Shown here: piece after piece, positions 1 through 9,653 of the stretch
Numbering within the stretch: the first letter of the stretch is position 1
How the letters are laid out: each line of letters starts with the position of its first letter
IMG/VR virus record: IMGVR_UViG_3300020186_000396
Location: 1 to 64,000 of that record
Source: a virus
Strand: one strand, 5' to 3'
DNA: 64,000 bases
The notes under the pieces: model-generated
Databases searched by the model: none
Told to the model about the DNA's origin: nothing
What the model saw: only the letters and a program-made list of their open reading frames with translations
Translations under genes and position numbers: made by a program

Positions 1-562
1 TAGTCTTACCGGTCTTTGGAAGGAGTTTTTCCAAAACTCCTTCGCAAGAAAGTATAATGAAGAAAAGATCTCCTTCCTTCTTTATCTGAATTGTCTTACA
101 TCGTCCTTCAAAAGGACGATGCATATTGATTTTAATGTCTCCAGGTATTCCTCTGATATTCAGCTTGCCATTCGGGAGGAGCTTCGCTCCTCCGGTCTTG
201 AGATCACATTGAGGAAAGCATATTGATTTAAATCGATCAATCGATTTAAATCTAGGAAACCCTGGAGTCTCTCCGCTTTTAATCCTTCTGAAGAAGGATT
301 TAAAAGAGTTATCCAGAGTCTTCAGAACATACTGAAGACTCTGAGAATGTATATTTTGCGTCTCTTTTTCAAAGAGACGCTTTAGTTCTGGTAGTTGATT
401 TGCTTGATCAACATATGATTTTGATTTAGCATATCTTTTGTAAAAAGATATGCGTTCTTCAAGAGCAGCATTATAAAGATTCTTACAGAAATGAAATGAA
501 TTAACCAGCGCTTCGCGCTGGTTTTTATTCAAATAAATTCTATACTTATAGGATCTTCTCAT
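1..562 (-). CDS. tnpB: TnpB RNA-guided nuclease, 5' part (partial), un-inverted allele
   Basis: Reads MRRSYKYRIY...HRPFEGRCKTIQIKKEGDLFFIILSCEGVLEKLLPKTGKT, a collinear TnpB N-terminal half. Absent from the ORF track because the stop is outside the window. Confidence 0.9.
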   Translation of the reverse strand, partial: MRRSYKYRIYLNKNQREALVNSFHFCKNLYNAALEERISFYKRYAKSKSYVDQANQLPELKRLFEKETQNIHSQSLQYVLKTLDNSFKSFFRRIKSGETPGFPRFKSIDRFKSICFPQCDLKTGGAKLLPNGKLNIRGIPGDIKINMHRPFEGRCKTIQIKKEGDLFFIILSCEGVLEKLLPKTGKT

Positions 563-647
563 TGCTACTCTATATAACGCATTATATTTTTCTGGAACAA
601 AAATTCATCCCCTCCCTAAAGGGAGGGGGTATTCTTTTTGGAGATCG
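1..647 (-). mobile_element. IS200/IS605-family (IS1341-like) tnpB element, copy A (runs off the window start)
   Basis: On the minus strand: TTAT (651-648), left end CGATCTCCAAAAAGAATA plus hairpin CCCCTCCC-TTTA-GGGAGGGG, then tnpB. Near-identical to 13837-15006. Confidence 0.93.
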
Positions 648-663
648 ATAAATGATTTGTACG

Positions 664-698
664 AAAGGCTCGGGAGAAATCCCGGGCCTTTTTGTTTT
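664..698 (+). terminator. Intrinsic terminator-like hairpin
   Basis: AAAGGCTCGGGA-GAAA-TCCCGGGCCTTT followed by a T-rich tract. Confidence 0.7.
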
Positions 699-742
699 AT
701 TCAAATATGTAAAAATTACTGTACCTTTAACTGCATCTATTT

Positions 743-1315
743 GTGAGGTTCCGCTCCCTGCAAGAACTAATCAACTCGAAGCAACACTGCCCTATTTGTG
801 AGCGAAATCTATTCTTAGGCTTCAATATCGTAAATGATAAAGCCTACATCAAATATAAACGTCAAGACGAGGACGTTTTCATGATTGTAAACACCGTGTC
901 GAACGACGTAACGTACACGGCGTTCAAACGGCCAATATATAAAGAAAAACCTCTGTATAGAGAGGAAAATGTATTCCTAGCCAATTGCAAGAAGCGCGAG
1001 GTACATGTTCATAACAACAAGGTCGTTCACTCTAACTATGAGTATACGATAAGTTTCTCGCTGAATTTAGATAGCAAGAACCAAAATGTACAAGAAGTAG
1101 AACTTCTCAATGAGAGGTTTTTCATTATTGACAAAGGTATCGTTCACGATGTCACGATCAATTACAAAACGAACGAAACATATATTGCCCTGTTAGAGGA
1201 TTCTGTTTCTAAAGAACATATAATATTCACGCCTATATCATTCATTAGCGTAGATAAGAATTTCAACAGAGAGTATCTAATAAAGAAAATTAGAACCGTA
1301 TCTTTGCTTTCGTAA
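743..1315 (+). CDS. Hypothetical protein with N-terminal CxxC
   Basis: 190-aa ORF, CPIC; layout similar to 4230-4844. Confidence 0.7.
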   Translation: MRFRSLQELINSKQHCPICERNLFLGFNIVNDKAYIKYKRQDEDVFMIVNTVSNDVTYTAFKRPIYKEKPLYREENVFLANCKKREVHVHNNKVVHSNYEYTISFSLNLDSKNQNVQEVELLNERFFIIDKGIVHDVTINYKTNETYIALLEDSVSKEHIIFTPISFISVDKNFNREYLIKKIRTVSLLS

Positions 1316-1320
1316 TCACC

Positions 1321-1923
1321 ATGAATTTGATGATACCAACCCTCTTTGAGCGTTTCAAAAAACTTCCTATTAGGTTTTATAATACTGGCCCAGGCGTCAG
1401 GACTGAGCGCTTCCGTAAATTCAAATTATGTAAATCGGTATACGATACCGACATCGACTCATTCGGAACGCAGCGCATTCGCATTAACGGCATGGAAGGT
1501 AACCTGCTTAATGATTCTGGGGAGGCGATGATGTACCTCCATGGCAAAGAACGAAGGATTATGCCTGAAGATACGGTTCAATCGTTCACTCCGTGTATAA
1601 TTCGGGAAGACTTCGTTATAGAGGTAGCTGACTTCGTCTACACACCATACAGGGGCCTCGACTTAGTCAATTACAGAATCGGAGAAATACCAGAAGAATT
1701 ACGACAGTTAGGGATCGATGTTTATCGCAATAATTGGAGTTTCTTTTATTACGATAGATTCGTTTCTCTTAGATTAATCCTTGGTAATAGGAATGATTCT
1801 TGGGAATCAAAAAATTCTGAATTCCAAAAAATAGTACCTAGGAGATACCATCATGTCGAATCAGAATCTTGGTTATCGAAGCCTCGCGTTAAGATATGGG
1901 TAAAGAAAATATGCGAACAGTAA
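1321..1923 (+). CDS. Hypothetical protein
   Basis: 200-aa ORF in a co-directional gene run. Confidence 0.65.
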   Translation: MNLMIPTLFERFKKLPIRFYNTGPGVRTERFRKFKLCKSVYDTDIDSFGTQRIRINGMEGNLLNDSGEAMMYLHGKERRIMPEDTVQSFTPCIIREDFVIEVADFVYTPYRGLDLVNYRIGEIPEELRQLGIDVYRNNWSFFYYDRFVSLRLILGNRNDSWESKNSEFQKIVPRRYHHVESESWLSKPRVKIWVKKICEQ

Positions 1924-2456
1924 GGGTAGGAGCAGAAAGTTTTGAATTGGAAGGAGAACCGCCAACATTGGGTGGTTTACTTAATTACTCTTTCATTCTT
2001 CCTGACGCTAGGGGGCCTAATCACATACTAACTCCTAGTATAACAGAAGCTGATTTGAAAAAAGGACTGGTAATCATATCTACATTGCCGAATATTCAAA
2101 AGCAACATTGTTTACAACAGATTAAAGAACTAGAATCTCTTACGTATAAGCTTTTGCCTCGGAGCACGAAAATATTCCACGTTTCGGCCGATGATAGATC
2201 TGACTGGAAAAAAGCCGAAGAACATCTGGCAAGTGTGCGGTTTCATGCGTATACTCTAGCAGATGCCGCAGAAGAAAGTGTCGTGTCATTCAAGGCCGCT
2301 TTCGGAATTGGTGTAAAAGGCACGCATCGAATAGCTCACGGATTGTTCGCGTTGTTGAATGGAAAATTCATCAATCTTCAAGTGCCGGATGATCAGCTTG
2401 GTGTGCCTAATGTTCCATTGTTCTTGAAAGAAATTCTCGATGTCAAATTCGCGTAA
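1896..2456 (+). CDS. Thiol peroxidase (Tpx)/redoxin-fold protein
   Basis: IISTLPNIQKQHC resembles the Tpx PxxxTxxC active site; VSAD and F..AFG follow. Real start is probably ~1911. Confidence 0.55.
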   Translation: MGKENMRTVRVGAESFELEGEPPTLGGLLNYSFILPDARGPNHILTPSITEADLKKGLVIISTLPNIQKQHCLQQIKELESLTYKLLPRSTKIFHVSADDRSDWKKAEEHLASVRFHAYTLADAAEESVVSFKAAFGIGVKGTHRIAHGLFALLNGKFINLQVPDDQLGVPNVPLFLKEILDVKFA

Positions 2457-2709
2457 AGAATTAACTCTTGATGAAATACGGGTTCGCGAGAAGTCACTTG
2501 AAGAGTTCGATGTCTATTTTAAAGAATCTATGTCTTTTCATAGGCACGTGATTATAAGGACCGTTTACCAAGGTTTAGTAAAATACAATTGTGACAAATG
2601 TGATGGGCAAATTACTTTTCGTGTAATTCCTAGTTCGATTAAATATTCGTTTGTCGAAATGCAATCTAACATGCACAGGCGATGCAAGCGTTTTGATATT
2701 CTACTATGA
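2440..2709 (+). CDS. Hypothetical protein
   Basis: 89-aa ORF overlapping neighbours, CDKC. Confidence 0.6.
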   Translation: MSNSRKELTLDEIRVREKSLEEFDVYFKESMSFHRHVIIRTVYQGLVKYNCDKCDGQITFRVIPSSIKYSFVEMQSNMHRRCKRFDILL

Positions 2710-3392
2710 CACGTATTGCTCACATATCAGACAATCATGGTTGGCTGTACCATGACTTTGAAGATGCCGATATAATTGTGCATTCTGGAGATTTCCTTCC
2801 GAATAGTGTGGCTCGTGGCCATGGGCCAGTGAAGCAGGAAATTCAATATCAGACGCGATGGTTGATCGATAACAAAGATGCTCTCAAAGCTTGGATTAAA
2901 GATAAACAATTTCTGTTTTGCCGTGGCAACCATGATTTTATGAATCCGGTTCCGCTGATGCAGAAATTTGGCATCGACGCGATCGACATCACTGAAGATA
3001 TTTACTGGGTCGACGATTTGGCTTTTTATGGATTTCCATACATTCCATGGACAGGCGGAGGGTGGAGTCAAGAGCTTCTACCTCCTGAAATGTCGACCAA
3101 ACTTGATACGGTAGTGAAATATATAAATGATGGTATGGTAAATGTTCTGGTCGCCCACTGTCCTATTTATGGAATCTTAGACAAAGGACATCAAAGCATT
3201 GGTCAGCGGTGGGGTAATAACGCTCTAAAAACAGCGTTTGATTACAAAATCAAAACTCTACCAAAGGCTTTGCTGTGTGGTCACGTCCATGAGGACCACG
3301 GAATGGCTACTTATCCTCCCGATCCTAAACCTGAAGATCAGGTAACTATTATCTCTAACGCCGCAACTACGGTACACTTTATTACTATTTGA
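2706..3392 (+). CDS. Calcineurin-like metallophosphoesterase
   Basis: SDNH, HSGD, GNHD, H, GHVHE motifs. Confidence 0.9.
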   Translation: MTRIAHISDNHGWLYHDFEDADIIVHSGDFLPNSVARGHGPVKQEIQYQTRWLIDNKDALKAWIKDKQFLFCRGNHDFMNPVPLMQKFGIDAIDITEDIYWVDDLAFYGFPYIPWTGGGWSQELLPPEMSTKLDTVVKYINDGMVNVLVAHCPIYGILDKGHQSIGQRWGNNALKTAFDYKIKTLPKALLCGHVHEDHGMATYPPDPKPEDQVTIISNAATTVHFITI

Positions 3393-4240
3393 GTATAGTG
3401 GTAATGTCTACTGGTCCAGATCTATCAGATATCGATGGGACTTTTGAGCAAATGGATAGGCTGCTATCTGTTTTTCAAGAGAAAGGTAGCGCTGCTACCG
3501 AAGCTGATTTGCAAAAAGCTATGCAGGGAACGTCGGTCGCGCCCGTGCAACCCGTACAGCCAGGGCCAACTGGACCGGATAAAAGTCATTTCCTGAAGCT
3601 AGACTTTCCAAATGGGCCACAATCAGCTTTAGCACCAGCTCCAAACACAGCAGTTAAGGTTGTGACTTCTCCTCGCACACAGCAGCAGCTAGAAGGCGTC
3701 GGACTGGCTGGCAAGCCAATGGAGTTCAAACAACCTATAAGAGGCTCCTGGTCGAACCAGGGCCCCTTCACAACGACCCCTTTCCAACGCCCCATTGACG
3801 GACCTGGAGCTAAACCACGCAATCACCTCGGAATGGATATGGCCGCTCCTGGCGGGACGCCTATTTATTCAATAGCTGACGGTGTCGTTTCGCAGGTAAC
3901 ATACGAAGCGGATCCGTCTAACCTAAATACTTTGGGCGGAACATCTTTGTTGATAAAACATTATGATGGAAAGATCGTTTCATACTACGGCCATTTAGAC
4001 AACGTCATGGTTCGTCAGGGCGAGCAAGTAACGATCGATACACAAATAGGAACGTGCGGCAGAAGCGGAAATGCCAGAAAGTCATCCACACACCTTCATC
4101 TTGGTGTTAGCATTAATGGTCAGTGGGTCGACCCGGCCAGCTTCATAGGTAACGCTCCAAGCTCACAAAAATTCGTTCATGCCAGCAGAATACACGCTCT
4201 AGTAAGCCTAGCAGCTAGGATCGAGAGTCGTGGCAAGTAA
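3389..4240 (+). CDS. M23 family metallopeptidase
   Basis: HLGMD (HxxxD), YGHL and HLH motifs; Pro/Gln-rich N-terminus. Confidence 0.9.
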   Translation: MSIVVMSTGPDLSDIDGTFEQMDRLLSVFQEKGSAATEADLQKAMQGTSVAPVQPVQPGPTGPDKSHFLKLDFPNGPQSALAPAPNTAVKVVTSPRTQQQLEGVGLAGKPMEFKQPIRGSWSNQGPFTTTPFQRPIDGPGAKPRNHLGMDMAAPGGTPIYSIADGVVSQVTYEADPSNLNTLGGTSLLIKHYDGKIVSYYGHLDNVMVRQGEQVTIDTQIGTCGRSGNARKSSTHLHLGVSINGQWVDPASFIGNAPSSQKFVHASRIHALVSLAARIESRGK

Positions 4241-4844
4241 AGCTGTGCAATCTCTGAACGAGATTGCCTCGGCAATCGAGTGCTCTGTATGTGGAGATAA
4301 GGCCACTCTATCCGTTCATGTTGATGGGCTTACCAACTATGAAGGCTCAAACATAACACCATCTAATTTAAACATCATTTTGATGAAACCAGATTTCATC
4401 GTCGACTCATATTCAATTGATGTGAATACAGGATTGATCAAAATCAATTCTATGGATCGCAGTCGTTCTAACAAGAACATAAAGAAAATTTCAGGAAAAG
4501 AGCTTCTACGCGCAATATCTAAATTTAGATTGAGAGCTGGGTATTGCACGCGTAACTGGAATGGCGAAAACGATGTTTATTACGATCATGTCATATATGA
4601 TTATGATTGCAAAGTGGATATTGACAACAGCAAATTACTTGACATTGAATACGTAGGGTTTACGATCTCTGACATTAATAATGATGGAATCTATCGGCGC
4701 ATTCAAACGACCGAGACATCAACGGAAATTCGAGTTGGTCATTGCGGACAACCGCCACCGGTCACATCATTGAAAATCAAAGCCTTGTCTTTGTCAAAAT
4801 GTGTCGAAATACTTCGTAACGATAAATATCTGAATTTTTTATAG
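4230..4844 (+). CDS. Hypothetical protein with CxxC
   Basis: 204-aa ORF, CSVC. Confidence 0.65.
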   Translation: MASKAVQSLNEIASAIECSVCGDKATLSVHVDGLTNYEGSNITPSNLNIILMKPDFIVDSYSIDVNTGLIKINSMDRSRSNKNIKKISGKELLRAISKFRLRAGYCTRNWNGENDVYYDHVIYDYDCKVDIDNSKLLDIEYVGFTISDINNDGIYRRIQTTETSTEIRVGHCGQPPPVTSLKIKALSLSKCVEILRNDKYLNFL

Positions 4845-4863
4845 CTACATAAAGGTCAGTAAT

Positions 4864-5946
4864 ATGACGGTGCTGAAAAGAATTGTTGAGGGCGCTCAGA
4901 CGGTTGAGTGGCTGGAAGATCGGACCATCTTCCTTACTCGTCACGGTTCGGTCGCGTACGGAACCAATACGCCCTCTTCTGATGAGGACTTCCGAGGCAT
5001 TGCCATTCCTCCAAGGGAATACTTCTTAGGTTTCGCCAAGAAGTTCGAACAGTTGGTGAAGAAAGACCCGGATGCTCAAATCTTTGACATTCGGAAATTC
5101 ATGATGTTGGCGTTTCAAAACAACCCCAATATCCTTGAAGTTCTATTCACCGACGAGAGTGACCATCTTCTTGTGACTCCAGCTGGACGAGAGCTTCTTG
5201 ATCATCGTGAGGAGTTCATCTCCAAAGCGGCCAAAGCTCGATTCCTCGGGTACGCCAAGCAGCAGGCGCACCGTATCAAGAACCATCGCAGGTGGCTTTT
5301 TGACCCGCCGAAGGCTCCGCCGCTCCGGTCGGATCTTGGTCTGCCTGAGAAGCCTGTCTTCAAGAAGCAGGATAAAGAGGTCATCTTCTCTCAGATTCGG
5401 AAACAGTTGGATTCGTGGAATCTCGATTTCGATCCGTTCAACGACATCCAGAAGATTTACCTCCATGATAAACTTGGAGATATTCTCGCTGACATGAAGC
5501 TGTCTTCCGATGCTAAATGGGAAGCGGCAGCTCGAACTCTGGGGGTTCAGGAGAACTTCATCAAAAGCCTGATCGATGAAAAGGCTTTTGATACCCGTCA
5601 AGAAGACTGGGAAAGCTATCAGGGTTGGTTAAAATCTCGGAACCCGATTCGTGCTGCTTTAGAAGCGAAGTTCGGATACGACACGAAGCACGGTGGTCAT
5701 CTCGTACGATTGCTTCGTATGGGTTTGGAGATCCTTGAAGGCAAGGGCGTCATCGTTAAGCGTCCAGATTTCAAGTACTTGCTTGAGGTTCGAAACGGGC
5801 TTCTGGCGTATGAGGATTTGATTTCTTATGCCGAAGAGATGGAAGCCAAGATCAACGCTATCTACTTGACTTCAAAAATCCGAGCAATGCCTGACAATAA
5901 AAAACTCGACGCGCTTTGCGAGAAGTTAGTGTTCGAGAGCTTCTAG
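4864..5946 (+). CDS. DNA polymerase beta-superfamily nucleotidyltransferase (RlaP/YcgL-like)
   Basis: HGSVAYGTNTPSSDEDFRG (GS...DxD), NPNILE, YDTKH..HLVRLL. Confidence 0.88.
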   Translation: MTVLKRIVEGAQTVEWLEDRTIFLTRHGSVAYGTNTPSSDEDFRGIAIPPREYFLGFAKKFEQLVKKDPDAQIFDIRKFMMLAFQNNPNILEVLFTDESDHLLVTPAGRELLDHREEFISKAAKARFLGYAKQQAHRIKNHRRWLFDPPKAPPLRSDLGLPEKPVFKKQDKEVIFSQIRKQLDSWNLDFDPFNDIQKIYLHDKLGDILADMKLSSDAKWEAAARTLGVQENFIKSLIDEKAFDTRQEDWESYQGWLKSRNPIRAALEAKFGYDTKHGGHLVRLLRMGLEILEGKGVIVKRPDFKYLLEVRNGLLAYEDLISYAEEMEAKINAIYLTSKIRAMPDNKKLDALCEKLVFESF

Positions 5947-5969
5947 TATCACAAATGCTCGAATGACGA

Positions 5970-6320
5970 GTGCGCGACTACCGCGCATTTTCATCTTTGA
6001 TGTCGTCATTCGAGCATTTTGTTTTTTGCTGTCTGGCTTTCTGGACGCTCTTGAAGCTGATAGGCGTATTCTCGTTCATTCAACGGGTGTGGCTTCATCG
6101 CGAGGCGAAGCGTTCCTATGAGAACCTGGCCCGGTTCGAGCTGAACGTCGGTTCAGAGAATGAGCTTCGAGCCCTAATCAAGGATGCTCGAAACATGCTT
6201 ACCGACAAAACGATCGATTTAATCATCGTTAAGCTGAACGACATTTCAGTTGAAAAAGCTGAAAAGGCCAAGCTCGCGGAATCGAATAAGATATTGCATC
6301 TACGCAGACCTATCAATTGA
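5970..6320 (+). CDS. Hypothetical membrane protein
   Basis: Hydrophobic N-terminal segment. Confidence 0.55.
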   Translation: MRDYRAFSSLMSSFEHFVFCCLAFWTLLKLIGVFSFIQRVWLHREAKRSYENLARFELNVGSENELRALIKDARNMLTDKTIDLIIVKLNDISVEKAEKAKLAESNKILHLRRPIN

Positions 6321-6353
6321 TTTGATAGCGAGGGCGCAGCGCAATTTTTTTAT

Positions 6354-6541
6354 CATTCTCCAAAAGAATACCCCTCCCTTTAGGGAGGGGATGAATTTTT
6401 GTTCAGAAAAATATAATGCGTTATATAGAGTAGCAATGTCAACGTGAGTTCATCGTGAACTACCTCGCCCTAGGGCAAGGCTTCTGAAAGTATCCGGCGA
6501 ATTTATTTCGCCGGATATCGCAAGGCTCGTCCCGAGCCCCA
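6354..6541. mobile_element. Non-autonomous tnpB-element derivative with its right half inverted
   Basis: TTAT at 6350-6353; left end to ATG at 6354-6438; 16 nt of captured flank; right-end scaffold in reverse orientation at 6455-6541. Confidence 0.9.
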
Positions 6542-6594
6542 CTGTTCATACGTGTGGTTACTTAACTAAATGTCACTTACTTTAGGGGTTCCTC

Positions 6595-7002
6595 ATGTCG
6601 AATGGCGACGCAGCGGCAACATTCTTCAATCTCGTATTGAACATGAATCCGTCATTGCGATTTGATGATAGGGTCAGCGTGAAAATGGTGTCCCGACTCT
6701 TGTCTACATTTGAGCTTGAGATTAAGGACAAAAAAATAATCGACTATGATTGGTTGCTAGAAACGGTGGCGGGCGCTTTACAGCTTCCTGCACGAGTAGT
6801 CGAGCCATTTGTGGAAATGTATGCTACGGCGTATGTAGCAATCAACGGTCGAAAATTCACCAAAATGTGTTACAGTTGTAGGCGTAGTCACAATCTCGAT
6901 GAGATCCAGCAATGCGGGATGCGAGATAGTAGCGTAGTGAAAACTGCAATCGGGTTAGTCGTAGTGGACGATAACGAGAACATTTCCTCTGTAAAAAACT
7001 AA
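6595..7002 (+). CDS. Hypothetical protein, partial paralog of 7339-7626
   Basis: LPARVVEPFVEMYA vs LSVAVVTPVVQMYV; CYSC. Confidence 0.6.
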   Translation: MSNGDAAATFFNLVLNMNPSLRFDDRVSVKMVSRLLSTFELEIKDKKIIDYDWLLETVAGALQLPARVVEPFVEMYATAYVAINGRKFTKMCYSCRRSHNLDEIQQCGMRDSSVVKTAIGLVVVDDNENISSVKN

Positions 7003-7057
7003 CATTAACGACAGGCAGGGATATTCCTGGGGCATTCATTTGTCCTAGGATTTTTCT

Positions 7058-7216
7058 ATGAAAAATCATCGTGCGTTAATCTTTAATCTTATGCTGGTGG
7101 TACTTGTACTATTAGGCATACTTTTAGTTTCTGTCGTTGGAATGAGTAAATGCCGGGCCAGCACTACTCCTTTTATGATCTGCATAATCGAATCGATTAA
7201 AAAATCGTCGAACTAA
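7058..7216 (+). CDS. Small membrane protein (52 aa)
   Basis: MKNHRALIFNLMLVVLVLLGILLVSVVG...; below the ORF-track cutoff. Confidence 0.5.
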   Translation: MKNHRALIFNLMLVVLVLLGILLVSVVGMSKCRASTTPFMICIIESIKKSSN

Positions 7217-7338
7217 ATTTTCGTTTTTGAACGGCTGTCAAAGTAATCAACTCTTCCATTTATCGAGATAGGCTTGATTGGGATTTGCTACTTCAGTGTA
7301 ACAAGTAGTTAGCTTGTACATTAAAGGAGCTTAACCAA

Positions 7339-7626
7339 ATGTCCCCAGATACAGCACAACGCATCTTTCAGGCCGCAGACACGATTCTCGAAGAGCTGAA
7401 CAACGTCGAGCGCTTGACGTTAAAAGACGTCTCAACACGGATTGCTACCTCGACTGGTCTATCAGTCGCTGTCGTTACACCGGTTGTTCAGATGTACGTC
7501 AAAAATCGAAGTGACCTTATCCTTCGTAAGGGTCGTGGCGGTGGTATTCGTCGTCGCAAGGCAGAAGCAGATACCGTTACGACTAAAGTCGCTCGAATCT
7601 GTACTAACTGTGGTTTCGACGTCTGA
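7339..7626 (+). CDS. Small putative winged-helix DNA-binding protein
   Basis: AAGGAG SD; helical HTH-like segment followed by RKGRGGGI; followed by a terminator. Confidence 0.55.
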   Translation: MSPDTAQRIFQAADTILEELNNVERLTLKDVSTRIATSTGLSVAVVTPVVQMYVKNRSDLILRKGRGGGIRRRKAEADTVTTKVARICTNCGFDV

Positions 7627-7631
7627 TCGTC

Positions 7632-7673
7632 ATGGCCTCGCTAAATAAACTTTAGCGAGGCCATTTTACTTTT
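7632..7673 (+). terminator. Intrinsic terminator
   Basis: ATGGCCTCGCTAAA-TAAAC-TTTAGCGAGGCCAT then TTTACTTTT. Confidence 0.8.
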
Positions 7674-7707
7674 GTCGATTTGATCAGATTTATTGTCATC
7701 CTAATAG

Positions 7708-8469
7708 GTGACTAAAAAAGAGGAAATCGAAAAAGCAAATCAATACAATGCAGCTCGAAAAAAACTGCAAGTATCAATTCAAGATGTATACACTACCTTT
7801 TGGTCATTGTTTGACAATACCGATAGTATCATTGAGAATGAAATTGATTTACAATCAGGTTTAGAAAAAAAGATTTTAGACCTCTTCAAATTAAGCGCTT
7901 ACGAGGGTCGTAAAGTTTTTTCTCGTATTGTTTATCGCCAAGTTAGTCAAAAAATATACGCGTCCGACGCAGGTAAATCAGTAAATTGGTTACTTAAATT
8001 CAGCAATCAGTTACCTGACCCAATGATCCAGAAAATATTAAGTCGTTCAATTATTCTTCGCGGCAACATCAATATGTTATCGCAACTCGCTTCAGTTCGA
8101 ACAAAAATTCCAGTAGATCTTTGTGATAAAGCAAGTATCACGAAAGACCACGTGAAATGTTTGAAATTGGTTATCATGCACATGGGAATGCACGATATCA
8201 ATGCTGATTTTCGTTACAGTAAAAATCTCATTCACATAGCTTCTATTAATGAAGAATTAGCGACAACCCTCGAAGAGCATATGCTCAAAAAGGCGCGTCG
8301 CTATAAAAATTTCTACCATCTGGTTGGGTACATGGAAAGTTGCCCGACAGTAGATAAAAGAAAATTCTTCGTTGAGATTTTCAAACATAAAACACACTAT
8401 AATGCCAGGATCGCAATCGAACGCCTGAAAAAACATCCAGAGCTACATAAGTACTTCAATCTTACTTAG
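7708..8469 (+). CDS. Hypothetical helical protein
   Basis: 253-aa ORF; C-terminal KYFNLT motif. Confidence 0.7.
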   Translation: MTKKEEIEKANQYNAARKKLQVSIQDVYTTFWSLFDNTDSIIENEIDLQSGLEKKILDLFKLSAYEGRKVFSRIVYRQVSQKIYASDAGKSVNWLLKFSNQLPDPMIQKILSRSIILRGNINMLSQLASVRTKIPVDLCDKASITKDHVKCLKLVIMHMGMHDINADFRYSKNLIHIASINEELATTLEEHMLKKARRYKNFYHLVGYMESCPTVDKRKFFVEIFKHKTHYNARIAIERLKKHPELHKYFNLT

Positions 8470-8486
8470 ATTGATATAGTTCATAC

Positions 8487-9632
8487 ATGGCCAATAAGTA
8501 TGCGCTGATCTTATCCGGAGGGGCTGCCAGAGGCGCATACGAAGTAGGTGTTTTGAAATACATATTCCAGGAGTTGCCGTTGATTTACGGTAAAATGCCT
8601 GAATTTCAAATCATTTGTGGAACATCTGTCGGAGCTATTCATGCGTGTTTTCTAGCGGCGCACCTATCGAACGTGACGGTAGAGCTGGATCGCCTGGAAA
8701 AATTATGGACAGAGCTATCTCCTAGCAAAGTCGTAACCGTTGATTTTAGGCAGCTATTTAGAATTAAAGAATTGTTATTGGGAGGAAATCGTGGCGTTGG
8801 TCTATTGGATGTGAATCCATTGGCAACTCTACTTACTCGTGAAGGTAGTTACGATAAGATTTCCGGCACCATTAACTCTGGTAAGCTGGATACTCTATGT
8901 GTGTCGACGACATCTGCTAGAACAGGTCAGACCATTGTTTTCAGCGAGTCGAAGCAACCTTTACCTAATCCTGTTTTCAGAACTGAGTTCAGGTCTGCCG
9001 ATATAACTCTTCAGCATGCATTAGCCTCTGCATCGATACCAATTCTGTTTGCTCCAATTCAGATTGGTGGCGAATGGTTTACTGATGGCGGAGTTAGGCA
9101 AAACACCCCTATGGTTCCGGCTCTCGGGTACGGAGCAACTCATACGCTATCTATCGGATTATGGCATAACAAAAAATATAATTCATCTCCACGTATAGAT
9201 GACTCGCCAAGTATAGGTTGTCTTCTAGGTAAAATATTCAATTCATTTTTCATCGATCATGCTCATGTGGACGTTCACAGTCTTGAGCACATAAATAACA
9301 TAATTGGTGAAGGCGTAAAAAAATACGGTGTTGAGTTTGCAGAGCACATGGCCAATCAATCAAGGCCATATAAATACATCAACTCTTGTTCGATTAGCCC
9401 ATCAATGGATATTGGTAGAATTGCTGCCACTTATCTTTCCAAAGCCACGATCAAGAAAGATAAGATCTACAAGAACCTTCTCAAACTGATCGACCTCGGA
9501 ACCATAGAGGCAGATTTAGCTAGTTATCTGCTTTTTGACGGAGAGTTTTCCAAATTGCTAATCGAGCTTGGTTTCCAAGATGCTCGGGCAAGACAGCATG
9601 AATTAGCGCAATTCCTTGGAATCGACGAATGA
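8487..9632 (+). CDS. Patatin-like phospholipase
   Basis: LSGGAARG, GTSVG (GxSxG), DGG. Confidence 0.93.
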   Translation: MANKYALILSGGAARGAYEVGVLKYIFQELPLIYGKMPEFQIICGTSVGAIHACFLAAHLSNVTVELDRLEKLWTELSPSKVVTVDFRQLFRIKELLLGGNRGVGLLDVNPLATLLTREGSYDKISGTINSGKLDTLCVSTTSARTGQTIVFSESKQPLPNPVFRTEFRSADITLQHALASASIPILFAPIQIGGEWFTDGGVRQNTPMVPALGYGATHTLSIGLWHNKKYNSSPRIDDSPSIGCLLGKIFNSFFIDHAHVDVHSLEHINNIIGEGVKKYGVEFAEHMANQSRPYKYINSCSISPSMDIGRIAATYLSKATIKKDKIYKNLLKLIDLGTIEADLASYLLFDGEFSKLLIELGFQDARARQHELAQFLGIDE

Positions 9633-9653
9633 GCGGGTGATATATGAGCCCAT

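Noticed and set aside
665-675. AAGGCTCGGGA identical to the start of the right-end scaffold
   Set aside because: Only 11 nt and explained as one arm of a terminator hairpin
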